Of a stretch of 64,000 nt of DNA, positions 44,872-53,746 are shown one piece after another. A program made the position numbers and the translations under genes. Origin of the DNA: an uncultured Oscillospiraceae bacterium. Its GTDB lineage: Bacteria > Bacillota > Clostridia > Oscillospirales > Oscillospiraceae. Location of the stretch: positions 17,660-81,659 of the forward strand of contig CANQUE010000003.1 of NCBI GenBank assembly GCA_947626905.1, given 5' to 3'. The notes below the pieces were generated by a model. It was not told the DNA's origin. It did no database searches and saw only the letters and a program-made list of their open reading frames with translations. The stretch's first letter is position 1, and every line of letters begins with the position of its first letter.

Positions 44872-46233
44872 TCATACCGGCGGATGCTCCGCTTTCCAGT
44901 CCTCAAATGTGGCCAGAATAATCCGCCGGAGCCGAAGACCCATCTCCGCCCGCTCGATGGGGGAGCAGCGTTCCGTGCGGGTCACGCACTCCTTCAGCCG
45001 GACGCACTGGGGATAGAGCAGGCACGTCTTGCAGACTTCCTCCGCCGGCCGGCGCTCCCGCCACCGGCGGAGCACCTGCTCGTCCCGGTCGTCGGAGAAC
45101 ACGCTGCCCCAGAGGCCCTTGTCGATGTGGGACTCGCACCGGCCCAGCCGGCCCTCCGGGGTGATGGTGGCGGCGTGCGGCGAGTCCGACCGGCAGGAAT
45201 AGAGCACCAGCTGCTGCTGCCGTTCCCACTCACTCGCTATACCCTTTTCGTCCAGATAGGCCCACATGGCCTGGGCCTTCTCCGCCAGGGAGAAGCGCTC
45301 CCCCTCCGTGTAGGCGGTTGGCTTCACGCCCTTATTCTCCACCAGCACCCGGCAGCGGACGCCGAAGCCGGGCCGCCCCCCGAACCGCTCCGCCAGCTGG
45401 TCTACCAGGGCGTACAGGTCCCCTTCGTTCTCCCCGTCCATGTTCAGGCGAGCCACGACCCGAATGCCCGCGTCCAGCAGCAGGCCGATGTTCCGGAGCA
45501 CCCGCTGGAAGGGACTGCCCTCCGGGTGGACATATGCCTTCCGCTGGTTATAGACCGCCTCCGTGCCGTCCAGGGTGATCTGGGCCAGTTCCAATTTCCA
45601 TCTGTCCTTAGCCCGCCGAACCATCGTCTCATCAAAGAGATAGCCGTTGGTAGTGATACTGGCATGGAACACCGTGCCCCGCTGCACCAGAACGTCCGTG
45701 ATGACGTCGATGGCCCGGGTGTTCACCAGGGGCTCCCCCCCGAACCAGAGCAAGTCCACCGGTTTCCCGCCGCAGTGGTCCGCGATATAGGCCCCCGCCG
45801 CCCGAGCGGTGTCCTCTGTCATGGTGATTTTTTTGATCCCCGCCTCAAAGCAGTAAAAGCACCGGGCGTTGCAGGCCGTGGTGGTGAAGATCATGTAGTC
45901 CGTCAGAGCGCCGTCATTTCTGTTCAGCTGCCAGGCGATCTGCCGCACCTGGTCCGCCAGGGCCATATCGTCCGTCCCCCGGGGCACAAGAAACCGCTTG
46001 GAAACAAGCGCCTCCAGGGCCGGGGAAACAGAGCCGGACAGGCCATCAAGCTCTTCCGCCTCTTCATAGCTTAGGCGCAGAAGCTCCCCGGTCAGGGTGT
46101 GGTACAGCAGCACCCACTCCGGCTGCTCCACCCGCAGACAGTGGGTGGTAAGCCGGTATGAGGTCCCCTCGCCCACTTTTTGTTGTCCCAGTATCTTTTG
46201 TGCCAAAACGATGGGCGGAACGATCTGCTCCAT
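44872..46233 (-). CDS. radical SAM/SPASM peptide maturase, paralogue 2
   Basis: 453 aa. CNARCFYC (CxxxCxxC). C-terminal 7-Cys SPASM-like pattern (C-x13-GRLGRC ... CKTCLLYPQCVRLKEC ... C). N-terminal about 100 aa are RRE-like. AAGGAG RBS. Confidence 0.85.
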   Translation of the reverse strand: MEQIVPPIVLAQKILGQQKVGEGTSYRLTTHCLRVEQPEWVLLYHTLTGELLRLSYEEAEELDGLSGSVSPALEALVSKRFLVPRGTDDMALADQVRQIAWQLNRNDGALTDYMIFTTTACNARCFYCFEAGIKKITMTEDTARAAGAYIADHCGGKPVDLLWFGGEPLVNTRAIDVITDVLVQRGTVFHASITTNGYLFDETMVRRAKDRWKLELAQITLDGTEAVYNQRKAYVHPEGSPFQRVLRNIGLLLDAGIRVVARLNMDGENEGDLYALVDQLAERFGGRPGFGVRCRVLVENKGVKPTAYTEGERFSLAEKAQAMWAYLDEKGIASEWERQQQLVLYSCRSDSPHAATITPEGRLGRCESHIDKGLWGSVFSDDRDEQVLRRWRERRPAEEVCKTCLLYPQCVRLKECVTRTERCSPIERAEMGLRLRRIILATFEDWKAEHPPV

Positions 46234-46262
46234 GTTCTTTTCTCCTTATATCGGGCCGCCGG

Positions 46263-47621
46263 TCAGACGTGACCGGCGGCTTTTTGCTCTTCGTAAGCCC
46301 CGAGAACGGCCCGGCGCAGCCTCTCCTCTCGGATCGAGCGCTCAATAGAAGAGCAGCATTCTGAATCCCTCGGGCATTTTTTGAGCCGCAGGCACTGGGG
46401 ATAGATGGGACAGGTCTTGCATCCCTCCCACGGCGCACAGCGTTCCTTCCACTGCCGGAGCACATTCTCGTCCGCCGCATCGGTATAAATGCTCCCCCAG
46501 ATGGCGCCGTCCTCACATGACGTGCATCGGCCCAGCCGCCCCTCCGGCGTGACGGTGGTGTATTTGCAGTCATCGGCAGAACAGGCATTGATCGTAAATC
46601 TGCGCTTCAGCGGCACCCGCTCCAGCAGCCCCTTGCTTTGAATATGGGCCAACAGCGCCATACGCTTTTGGACGTATGCGCGACGCTCCCCCTCCGTGTA
46701 GCTGTGGGGATCGCTTCCTGCATTTTCAAAAAGCACCGTAGCATAGATGCTAAAGCCCGGTTTCCCCCCGAATCGTTCCGCCAGCTCGTCAACAAGGGCG
46801 TACAGATCCCGCTCGTTATCCCTGTCCATGTTCAGACGCACTTTGACTTTGATACCCACATCCAGCAGCAGGTCGATGTTCCGCAGCACCCGCTGGAATG
46901 GACTGCCCTGGGGATGCACATATGCCTTGCGCTGGTTATAGACTTCCTCCGTGCCGTCCAGGGTGATCTGCACCTGCTCCAGGGCCCAGTCATCCTTTGC
47001 CCGGCCCGCCAGCGCCTCGTCAAAAAGATAGGCGTTGCTCGTCATCTCGGAGCGGAACGGCACACCCTGCTGGCGCAGGCTGTCGGTGATGATGTCGATA
47101 GCCCGAGCGTTCACCAGGGGCTCCCCCCCGAACCACTCCAAATGGACTGGCTTGCCGCCTCGGTGGGCCGCGATGTAGGCCGCCGTGTCCCGGGCGGTCT
47201 GCTCCGTCATGGAGCTTTTTTCCCAGCCCGTCTCGAAGCAGTAAAAACACCGGGCGTTGCAGTCCATGGTGGTTAAGATCCTGTATTTTGTCAGGGCAGT
47301 TTCTTTTTTCCCAAAGCGCGACCCGATTTGCAACACCTGATCCGCCAGGGCCATGTCGTCCGCGCCGTCGGGACGCAAAAACCACCGGGGGATCAACTCT
47401 TCCAGCGCCGGAGAAACGGGGCCAGGGAGCTTCTCCAAAAGCGCCGCCTCTTCATGGGACAGCAGGAGCAGCTCCCCGGTCAGGGTATGGTAAAGCAGGG
47501 CCCCCTCCGGCCGCCCTGCCCGCAGGCAGTGGGCGGTCAGCCGGTACGAGGCCCCCTCGTCTGTCTTTTGTTCCCCTAGTATTTTCTGGACGATAGAGAT
47601 CGGCGGAAGAACCTGATGCAT
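46263..47621 (-). CDS. radical SAM/SPASM peptide maturase, paralogue 1
   Basis: 452 aa. CNARCFYC. The C-terminal region has 11 Cys (CSADDCKYTTVTPEGRLGRCTSC...CAPWEGCKTCPIYPQCLRLKKCPRDSECC). GGGAGGG RBS. Confidence 0.85.
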   Translation of the reverse strand: MHQVLPPISIVQKILGEQKTDEGASYRLTAHCLRAGRPEGALLYHTLTGELLLLSHEEAALLEKLPGPVSPALEELIPRWFLRPDGADDMALADQVLQIGSRFGKKETALTKYRILTTMDCNARCFYCFETGWEKSSMTEQTARDTAAYIAAHRGGKPVHLEWFGGEPLVNARAIDIITDSLRQQGVPFRSEMTSNAYLFDEALAGRAKDDWALEQVQITLDGTEEVYNQRKAYVHPQGSPFQRVLRNIDLLLDVGIKVKVRLNMDRDNERDLYALVDELAERFGGKPGFSIYATVLFENAGSDPHSYTEGERRAYVQKRMALLAHIQSKGLLERVPLKRRFTINACSADDCKYTTVTPEGRLGRCTSCEDGAIWGSIYTDAADENVLRQWKERCAPWEGCKTCPIYPQCLRLKKCPRDSECCSSIERSIREERLRRAVLGAYEEQKAAGHV

Positions 47622-47697
47622 ATCGTACCCTCCCGTCTGTTATCTCTGTTATCGTTCAGGTCATGGGCTATTCGCGGCAGGGATATCCGAGGGCTCT

Positions 47698-47796
47698 TTA
47701 TCTATTAGCTTCTGTGCATATGCCGCTGGCAAAAATGATGTCATCCGCGTCGATCTCTATGATCTCAATCACGGGGCTCTCATAGGTTTCCTTCAT
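47698..47796 (-). CDS. candidate 32-aa RiPP precursor peptide
   Basis: ATG 47796 sits 8 nt after GGGAGG. Translation MKETYESPVIEIIEIDADDIIFASGICTEANR, ending 77 nt upstream of maturase 1. An acidic, beta-prone leader-like N-terminus and a single Cys near the C-terminus. The longer track ORF 47698-47943 is an upstream extension without an RBS. Confidence 0.6.
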   Translation of the reverse strand: MKETYESPVIEIIEIDADDIIFASGICTEANR

Positions 47797-48075
47797 GGTC
47801 TTTTCCTCCCTTGCTATGATCAGACTTTTTCTTGTACAGACGGACGCTCTTCCATGGTCCCCCCTGCGCCGTCCCCCAGACGGCGCGTGGGCACAAAAGC
47901 AGAAAATCGTCACCAGCCAGATGGCAAAGAAGTTCGAGCCCAAGCGTCAAAATGCTATTGCATTTTGGCCTGTGATTTGCTATAATTACTTCACTATTTG
48001 ATGCGATCCAACGGTTTTTTGCATGTAAGCTGTCTGGGGACGAGCCTCTACTTTTTTCTCCAGACATATCTTTTT

Positions 48076-48124
48076 AACAACAGACAGCGGATGGTGCTAA
48101 AATGCACCATCCGCTGTCTGTTGT
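48076..48124. terminator. long perfect hairpin separating the RNA-repair-like operon from the RiPP locus
   Basis: AACAACAGACAGCGGATGGTGC-TAAAA-TGCACCATCCGCTGTCTGTTGTT. Confidence 0.65.
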
Positions 48125-48233
48125 TCGATCCCGATCCCGTAAGGCGGCTGCCGACTGTATCATCCGTGGACCGCCAGTCCGCTGTCGGGGCAATAAATAA
48201 GCGGCGGGTCCTGCCTCCGGACGGGACCCGCTC

Positions 48234-49323
48234 TTATACACTTATCCAGCGAACTTCCTCCGCCTCGGTGAGAAGCGGCGGCTCAAGGCTCCGCAGCATC
48301 CGGGCCACGACGCTCTCCGGCACGCTGTCCCGCCGGGACAGGTTCCGACGGCAGCGCTCCTCCCAGCCGGTCTCCAGGTACTCTATCCGCACCGCCGCGC
48401 CGTAGCGGTGGAAGAGGTCTGTCCACCGGCCCCGGTTGGCCGCAGACAGGTTGGTGGCGTTGAAGACGAAGGGCCGCCGCTCCCGCAGGAGCGCACGGGC
48501 CTGCTCCCTGGCCCGGCGTATCACCGCGCCTCCCCCGTCGTCGGGGGCGGCTCCCAGCTCCCGGCGCACCTGGTCCAGAGAGACCATGGGCAGGCCGCCG
48601 TAATGGGCGGCGATGTACGTGTCCTTGCCCGTGCCGGGCAGACCGCTCACCATGACCACCGTGCCCCAGGCGGCATCGTAGACCTTCTGACCGGGTACCA
48701 CAGCTTTGCCGGTCATATCCGCCCAGCGGCTGGGGGCGTCAGGATAGGGAAACGGCCCCCGCAGACAGCCGGCTTCCTCCGCCAAGGCGCGGAACAGCGC
48801 CACGTCCTCCAGCCGCTCCGCCCGGTCGGGGCAGATCCGGCCCCGGATGTCCGCCTCGGCCAGCACCGCCAATTTCTCCAGCGTGAAAGCCGATGTCAGC
48901 CCCCCCGCCGACGCCATCTGCCGCAGGAACCGGGCCGGGTCGTCCCTCTCAAAGATATGCAAGGGCCGCATGTGCCAACGTACAAGCAGGCAGACCGCCT
49001 CCCGCAGACATATGGCCTCCGGCGTGCCGGCCAGGCCCAGCCCGGTCATCAGTTTTTCCCGTGCCATCTTCGCGCCGGCGGCGCAGTGGCCGGGAGCGGT
49101 CCACCGGCCGTCCTCCCACACGGTGCACCGAGCCTTGCCCAGGTCGTGGAGAAGCCCGGCGGCCAGCAGCATCTGCTGGTCGTTCCGATCCAGCGCGAGG
49201 AACGACGGCTGCTCCGCCATGCTCGCCGCCACCAGCCGGGTATGGGCCAGCGCGTCCCCCTCCCCGTGCCAGACCGGGTCCTGCCGCACGCCCGCCAGGT
49301 CTGCCAGGACCGGCTCCAAAGCC

Positions 49324-49352
<29 letters not shown>
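48234..49352 (-). CDS. HD-domain phosphohydrolase fused to a P-loop polynucleotide-kinase-like domain
   Basis: 372 aa. HD motifs GDALAHT ... GLLHDLGK. The C-terminal half has Walker A VSGLPGTGKDT and ...FVFNATNLS..., as in T4 Pnk-like kinases. Track start is TTG 49352; the alternative is ATG 49337. Overlaps the ligase stop. Confidence 0.8.
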
Positions 49353-50133
<781 letters not shown>

Positions 50134-50135
50134 GG

Positions 50136-50900
50136 CTATGCCTCCTCGCCTATGGCGGCTATAAGGGTGAGATGGCCCGGTACGCCGCCGAAATGCAGCC
50201 GGTCGCACCCGGCGTTTTGGAAAAGCTCCGTCAGCACCTGCTTGGTGAGCAGGTGGATGTGCTCTGGGTTATCGTCCTCTTTGCTGGGTACCGTCACGGC
50301 CACATACCGCCGGGCGATGCGCACCGCCGCCGTCACGGCGGCCTGCACGTCCGGGATGTGCTCCAGCACCTCCAGCATGGTCACCACGTCCACGCTCTTC
50401 TCCGGCGCCGGCCAGGCGCAGATGTCCGCCCGCAGGGCCGTGAGCCGGTCCACGCCGCCCCGGCGGATGTCCTCTAAAAAATCCACCCGGTGATCCAGCA
50501 GGTCCAGGCTGGTCACCGGCGTCCCGGGAAAGGCGTCCAGAAACGGAAAGAGAAACACGCCCCGGCCGCTGCCCACGTCCAGAAGGCTCTCCGGCTGGAC
50601 GGCCCGGAAAAAGCCCAATATCTGCTTTACCCGCGGCATGTCCTCATGGCCCCGCTTGAAGCGGTAGAGCTTCACGCCCCAGGCGCGCCCCATATCCAGC
50701 AGGGCCGCGACGTCCTGCTCCGTCAGCGCCTCCAGGGGCTTGGACCCCAGTGCCGGGGGAAGGGCCCTCCCCTCCCGGGCGGCAAAGCCCCGCACCGCCG
50801 CCGCGGCCAGGCGCTCATACATCCCGCCCTGTGTCACCATCCCTCTTCCTCCGCAGCTGGGCAGCAGGGCTCCCTCGTTTGCAAACGCCTTTTTAAACAT
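50136..50900 (-). CDS. class I SAM-dependent methyltransferase
   Basis: 254 aa. Motif I LLDVGSGRGVF. Later DVVTMLEVLEHIPD. The start overlaps the upstream stop (ATGTTTAA). Confidence 0.8.
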   Translation of the reverse strand: MFKKAFANEGALLPSCGGRGMVTQGGMYERLAAAAVRGFAAREGRALPPALGSKPLEALTEQDVAALLDMGRAWGVKLYRFKRGHEDMPRVKQILGFFRAVQPESLLDVGSGRGVFLFPFLDAFPGTPVTSLDLLDHRVDFLEDIRRGGVDRLTALRADICAWPAPEKSVDVVTMLEVLEHIPDVQAAVTAAVRIARRYVAVTVPSKEDDNPEHIHLLTKQVLTELFQNAGCDRLHFGGVPGHLTLIAAIGEEA

Positions 50901-52011
50901 CGGCCCTTCCCTCCGGCCGGTAGGTCATGGCGATATACTTGCTCTCCCATACCGGGTCGCACCGGTCCTCGTCGTCCACCTGGCAGTCCTTCCACAGGTC
51001 CTCCGCCACCTCTTCGATCACGTCCCGCAGCTCCAGCTTGTCCAAGTACTTTTGCGGGATGGCGCCATAGCCCAGGGCGGCGCCCAGGATGTTCCCGGTC
51101 AGCGAGCCGGTGGAGTCGCTGTCGCCGTCGTGGTTCACCGCGGCGACCACGCCCTTTTCAAAATCGTCGGCGTATCTCATCGCGCAGTATACGGCGATGG
51201 CCAGGGCCTCGTCCCCCACCCAGCCCTCGCCCAGCCGGCGGATGGCAGTCAGATCGTCCGTGTCCGATCCGGCCAGGTCCGCCGCCTCTCCGATCAGGGC
51301 CAGCAGCTGGTCCAGATGCCTGGCCCGCGGAAAAACAGCCGGCATGGCCGCCATGGCGTCCCGGACCGCCGCCGGGACCGTGTCGCCATGGCCGGCTATC
51401 CGGGAGATGATGTGGGCCAACATGGCCGCGGGGAGATACCCCAGCTCATGGCCGTGGGTCAGCACCGCCGCCTTGGCTCCGATGCGGTCGATCTCCCCCT
51501 GGGTGCAGGGCCGGTCGTTGAAGTACAGGCCGATGGGTGCGGCCCGCATGACGCCGCCGCAGCCCCGGCTGTGGTTCAGGGGCGCATCCAAGGTGCCGTT
51601 CCCGCCCGCCGCCAGGGCGGACATGCAGGTATTTCCCGGCGCCCGGAGGCTGAACAGCCCGGGCACGTTCACCAGCCAGGAGAAGTGATGCCCCTTCGGC
51701 AGGGGATACCGCTCCGTCTGGGTCCTGTACCAGTCCAGATAGCTGGACATGATGTAGTCCTCATAGCCGCCCATGATGCCCCGGGTCATCCCCCGGGTGG
51801 AGCCCAAGAGCAGACCCGTGGCGGTGAACAGGGTCATCTGGGTGTCGTCGGATATCTCCGCCACGCCGCGGCGGAGCGCATACTCCCGTATCCCGCCCCG
51901 GCCGTATTTCTGAAATATGGCGGCAGCGGGCATGAATTCCACCGGATAGCCCAGGGCGTCCCCCACCGCGCCGCCCACCAGACAGCCCTTGAATCTGTTC
52001 AGCTCACGCAT
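50893..52011 (-). CDS. ADP-ribosylglycohydrolase family protein
   Basis: 372 aa. GCLVGGAVGDALGYPVEF...ISDDTQMTL...NHDGDSDSTGSLTGNILGA are the two metal-binding signatures of the DraG/ARH family. GAGGAGG RBS. Confidence 0.85.
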   Translation of the reverse strand: MRELNRFKGCLVGGAVGDALGYPVEFMPAAAIFQKYGRGGIREYALRRGVAEISDDTQMTLFTATGLLLGSTRGMTRGIMGGYEDYIMSSYLDWYRTQTERYPLPKGHHFSWLVNVPGLFSLRAPGNTCMSALAAGGNGTLDAPLNHSRGCGGVMRAAPIGLYFNDRPCTQGEIDRIGAKAAVLTHGHELGYLPAAMLAHIISRIAGHGDTVPAAVRDAMAAMPAVFPRARHLDQLLALIGEAADLAGSDTDDLTAIRRLGEGWVGDEALAIAVYCAMRYADDFEKGVVAAVNHDGDSDSTGSLTGNILGAALGYGAIPQKYLDKLELRDVIEEVAEDLWKDCQVDDEDRCDPVWESKYIAMTYRPEGRADV

Positions 52012-52345
52012 CCGTATCCTCCTCGAAGCACTTCCGCTCGTTTATCTTCCTCCAGCAGGGCGCCGCCGGGCCGCTCCCATTCCACCTTCAGCCGGATCAC
52101 GCGCGCGCCCCTTCCCCCATTTCTTTTCCCTATTCTAGTCTGCCTTGCCGGATAGTGTCAAGTACGCGATCTGCGTAAAGATTATGAAAGGGAAAACCCT
52201 CTATTTCAAAGTAAGGGGGCGGGAAAATGTCTGATCTTATGACCATACTGGCCTCCCTGCAGGATCAGGGTGTGGACACATCTGCCGAGATGCTGCTTCT
52301 GCGGCAGAGGGAAAAAGCGGCGAGCGACAGGGACGGTATGAGCTT

Positions 52346-52732
52346 ATGGACAACACCAGATTTTACGGCATAGACATAGGCGACGGCGAAACCGCCGCCG
52401 CCTGGGTATCTGCGGATGCCGCTCTTCTCCCCCGCGTCGTCACGCTGGGGAGCACAAAGAGCATGCTCTCCGTGGTGGGCGCCCTGAACGGGAAGCCGGT
52501 CGTCGGGGATCAGGCGCTGCTCCAGCCCGGCGTGGCAGACAGAAAGGCCCGCTTCAAGAGCCGTTACCTCACGGACCCCGCCGCGGGTCAGACAGTGTCC
52601 CTGTTCGCTCAAGGCCTGTACGAGCACGTAAAGGGCGATATGGCAGGCGCCTCAGAGGTCCACACGGCACTGGGCCTGGCCATCGGCGCGTCCCTTTTCC
52701 TATGTCCCAGCCTTATGCCAACGACCGGATGA
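52346..52732 (+). pseudogene. N-terminal fragment of an Hsp70/actin-fold ATPase-like gene
   Basis: FYGIDIGDGETAAAW (phosphate-1-like motif) ...VVGDQAL... Only about 95 aa of family-like sequence, then the frame runs into the convergent pdxK gene. Confidence 0.4.
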
Positions 52733-53549
52733 GCCCCGGCAGGCAGGACTCGAACTTGACCCCGTACCAGTGCTCCTGCCGGTCCGGCATCGTGGCCTGG
52801 ATGCAGTCCACGGTGTAGTCCACCGCGATGCGCAGCGCGTCCTGCATGCTCTTGCCCAGCACCACGGCCCCCGCCAGCGCGGAGGTGAACACATCCCCGG
52901 TCCCATGGAAGGACACGTCGATGTTCTCCCGGAAGTACTGGAAAAACGTTCCGCTGGCCGCGTCGTACGCCACCGCCCCCTGCCGGGCGGGATCATACAC
53001 CACGCCAGTCACCACCGCCACCCGGCAGCCCAGTGCCGCCAGCCGGCGCAGCAAGCCGTGGATATACGCCTCATCATAGCCGGAGGGGACGTATTCCTCC
53101 CCCAGCATGAAGCTGGCCTCCGTCAGGTTCGGCACGATCACGTCGGCCATGCCGCACAGCTTGGCCATCCCGGCGGCATAGGCCCCGTCAAAGGCGGGAT
53201 AGAGCCGCCCGTTGTCCGCGAATACCGGGTCCACGATCTTCACCGCCCCCGGGAACAGGCGAAAGTAATCGGCCACCATGCCGATCATCTCCTGGCTGCC
53301 CAGGTACCCGGTGCTGAAGCCGTCGAAGGTCAGCCCCTGGCTCTTCCAGTGGGCCGCGATGGCGGGCAGATCGGCAGCCAGATCCCGGAACGTCCAGTCC
53401 TTGAACCCGGCTGTGTGGGTGGACAAAATGGCCGTAGGCACCGGACACACCTCCAGCCCCATGGCGGACATGATGGGATGGGCCACCGTCAGAGAGCATT
53501 TACCAAAGCAGGAGAGGTCCTGGATGGTCACGATCCGTTTCTGTTTCAA
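52713..53549 (-). CDS. pdxK: pyridoxal/pyridoxamine kinase
   Basis: 278 aa. IQDLSCFGKCSLTVAHPIMSAMGLEVCPVPTAILSTHT and C-terminal GTGDVFTSAL. TTG start 8 nt after AGGAGG. Confidence 0.85.
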   Translation of the reverse strand: MKQKRIVTIQDLSCFGKCSLTVAHPIMSAMGLEVCPVPTAILSTHTAGFKDWTFRDLAADLPAIAAHWKSQGLTFDGFSTGYLGSQEMIGMVADYFRLFPGAVKIVDPVFADNGRLYPAFDGAYAAGMAKLCGMADVIVPNLTEASFMLGEEYVPSGYDEAYIHGLLRRLAALGCRVAVVTGVVYDPARQGAVAYDAASGTFFQYFRENIDVSFHGTGDVFTSALAGAVVLGKSMQDALRIAVDYTVDCIQATMPDRQEHWYGVKFESCLPGLIRSLA

Positions 53550-53746
53550 ATCCTGCGCCTCCTATCTAAGGATGTTATAACACAAATATAGCACAAATTG
53601 GTTCTATGAAAATATCCAGATCGATATAATAATATAATACCAGTCAAGCCGCGATGAGCGCAGAAAGCCCGGAGCCGAAAGGCTCCGGGCTCCCCCTGAG
53701 GGGGCAAAATAAAGGAGAGAGAGAAACACTCGCCGGAAGGGGACGA

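Noticed and set aside
42654-44906. 750-aa minus-strand ORF
   Set aside because: It runs antisense across cls, an intergenic region and the next membrane protein gene. Its Arg/Gly/His/Pro-rich composition points to a shadow frame. The same judgement applies to 39634-41454, 60705-62186, 32797-34125, 35048-36349, 20243-21671, 23409-24422, 24462-25556 and similar track entries.
47780-48067. 95-aa minus-strand ORF, and the long form (47698-47943) of the precursor ORF, as alternative or second precursor peptides
   Set aside because: Neither has a Shine-Dalgarno sequence. They overlap the 5' leader and the short precursor in other frames or as an N-terminal extension, and they are Arg/Gly/Ser-rich. 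The 32-aa form with GGGAGG-N8-ATG is the better model.
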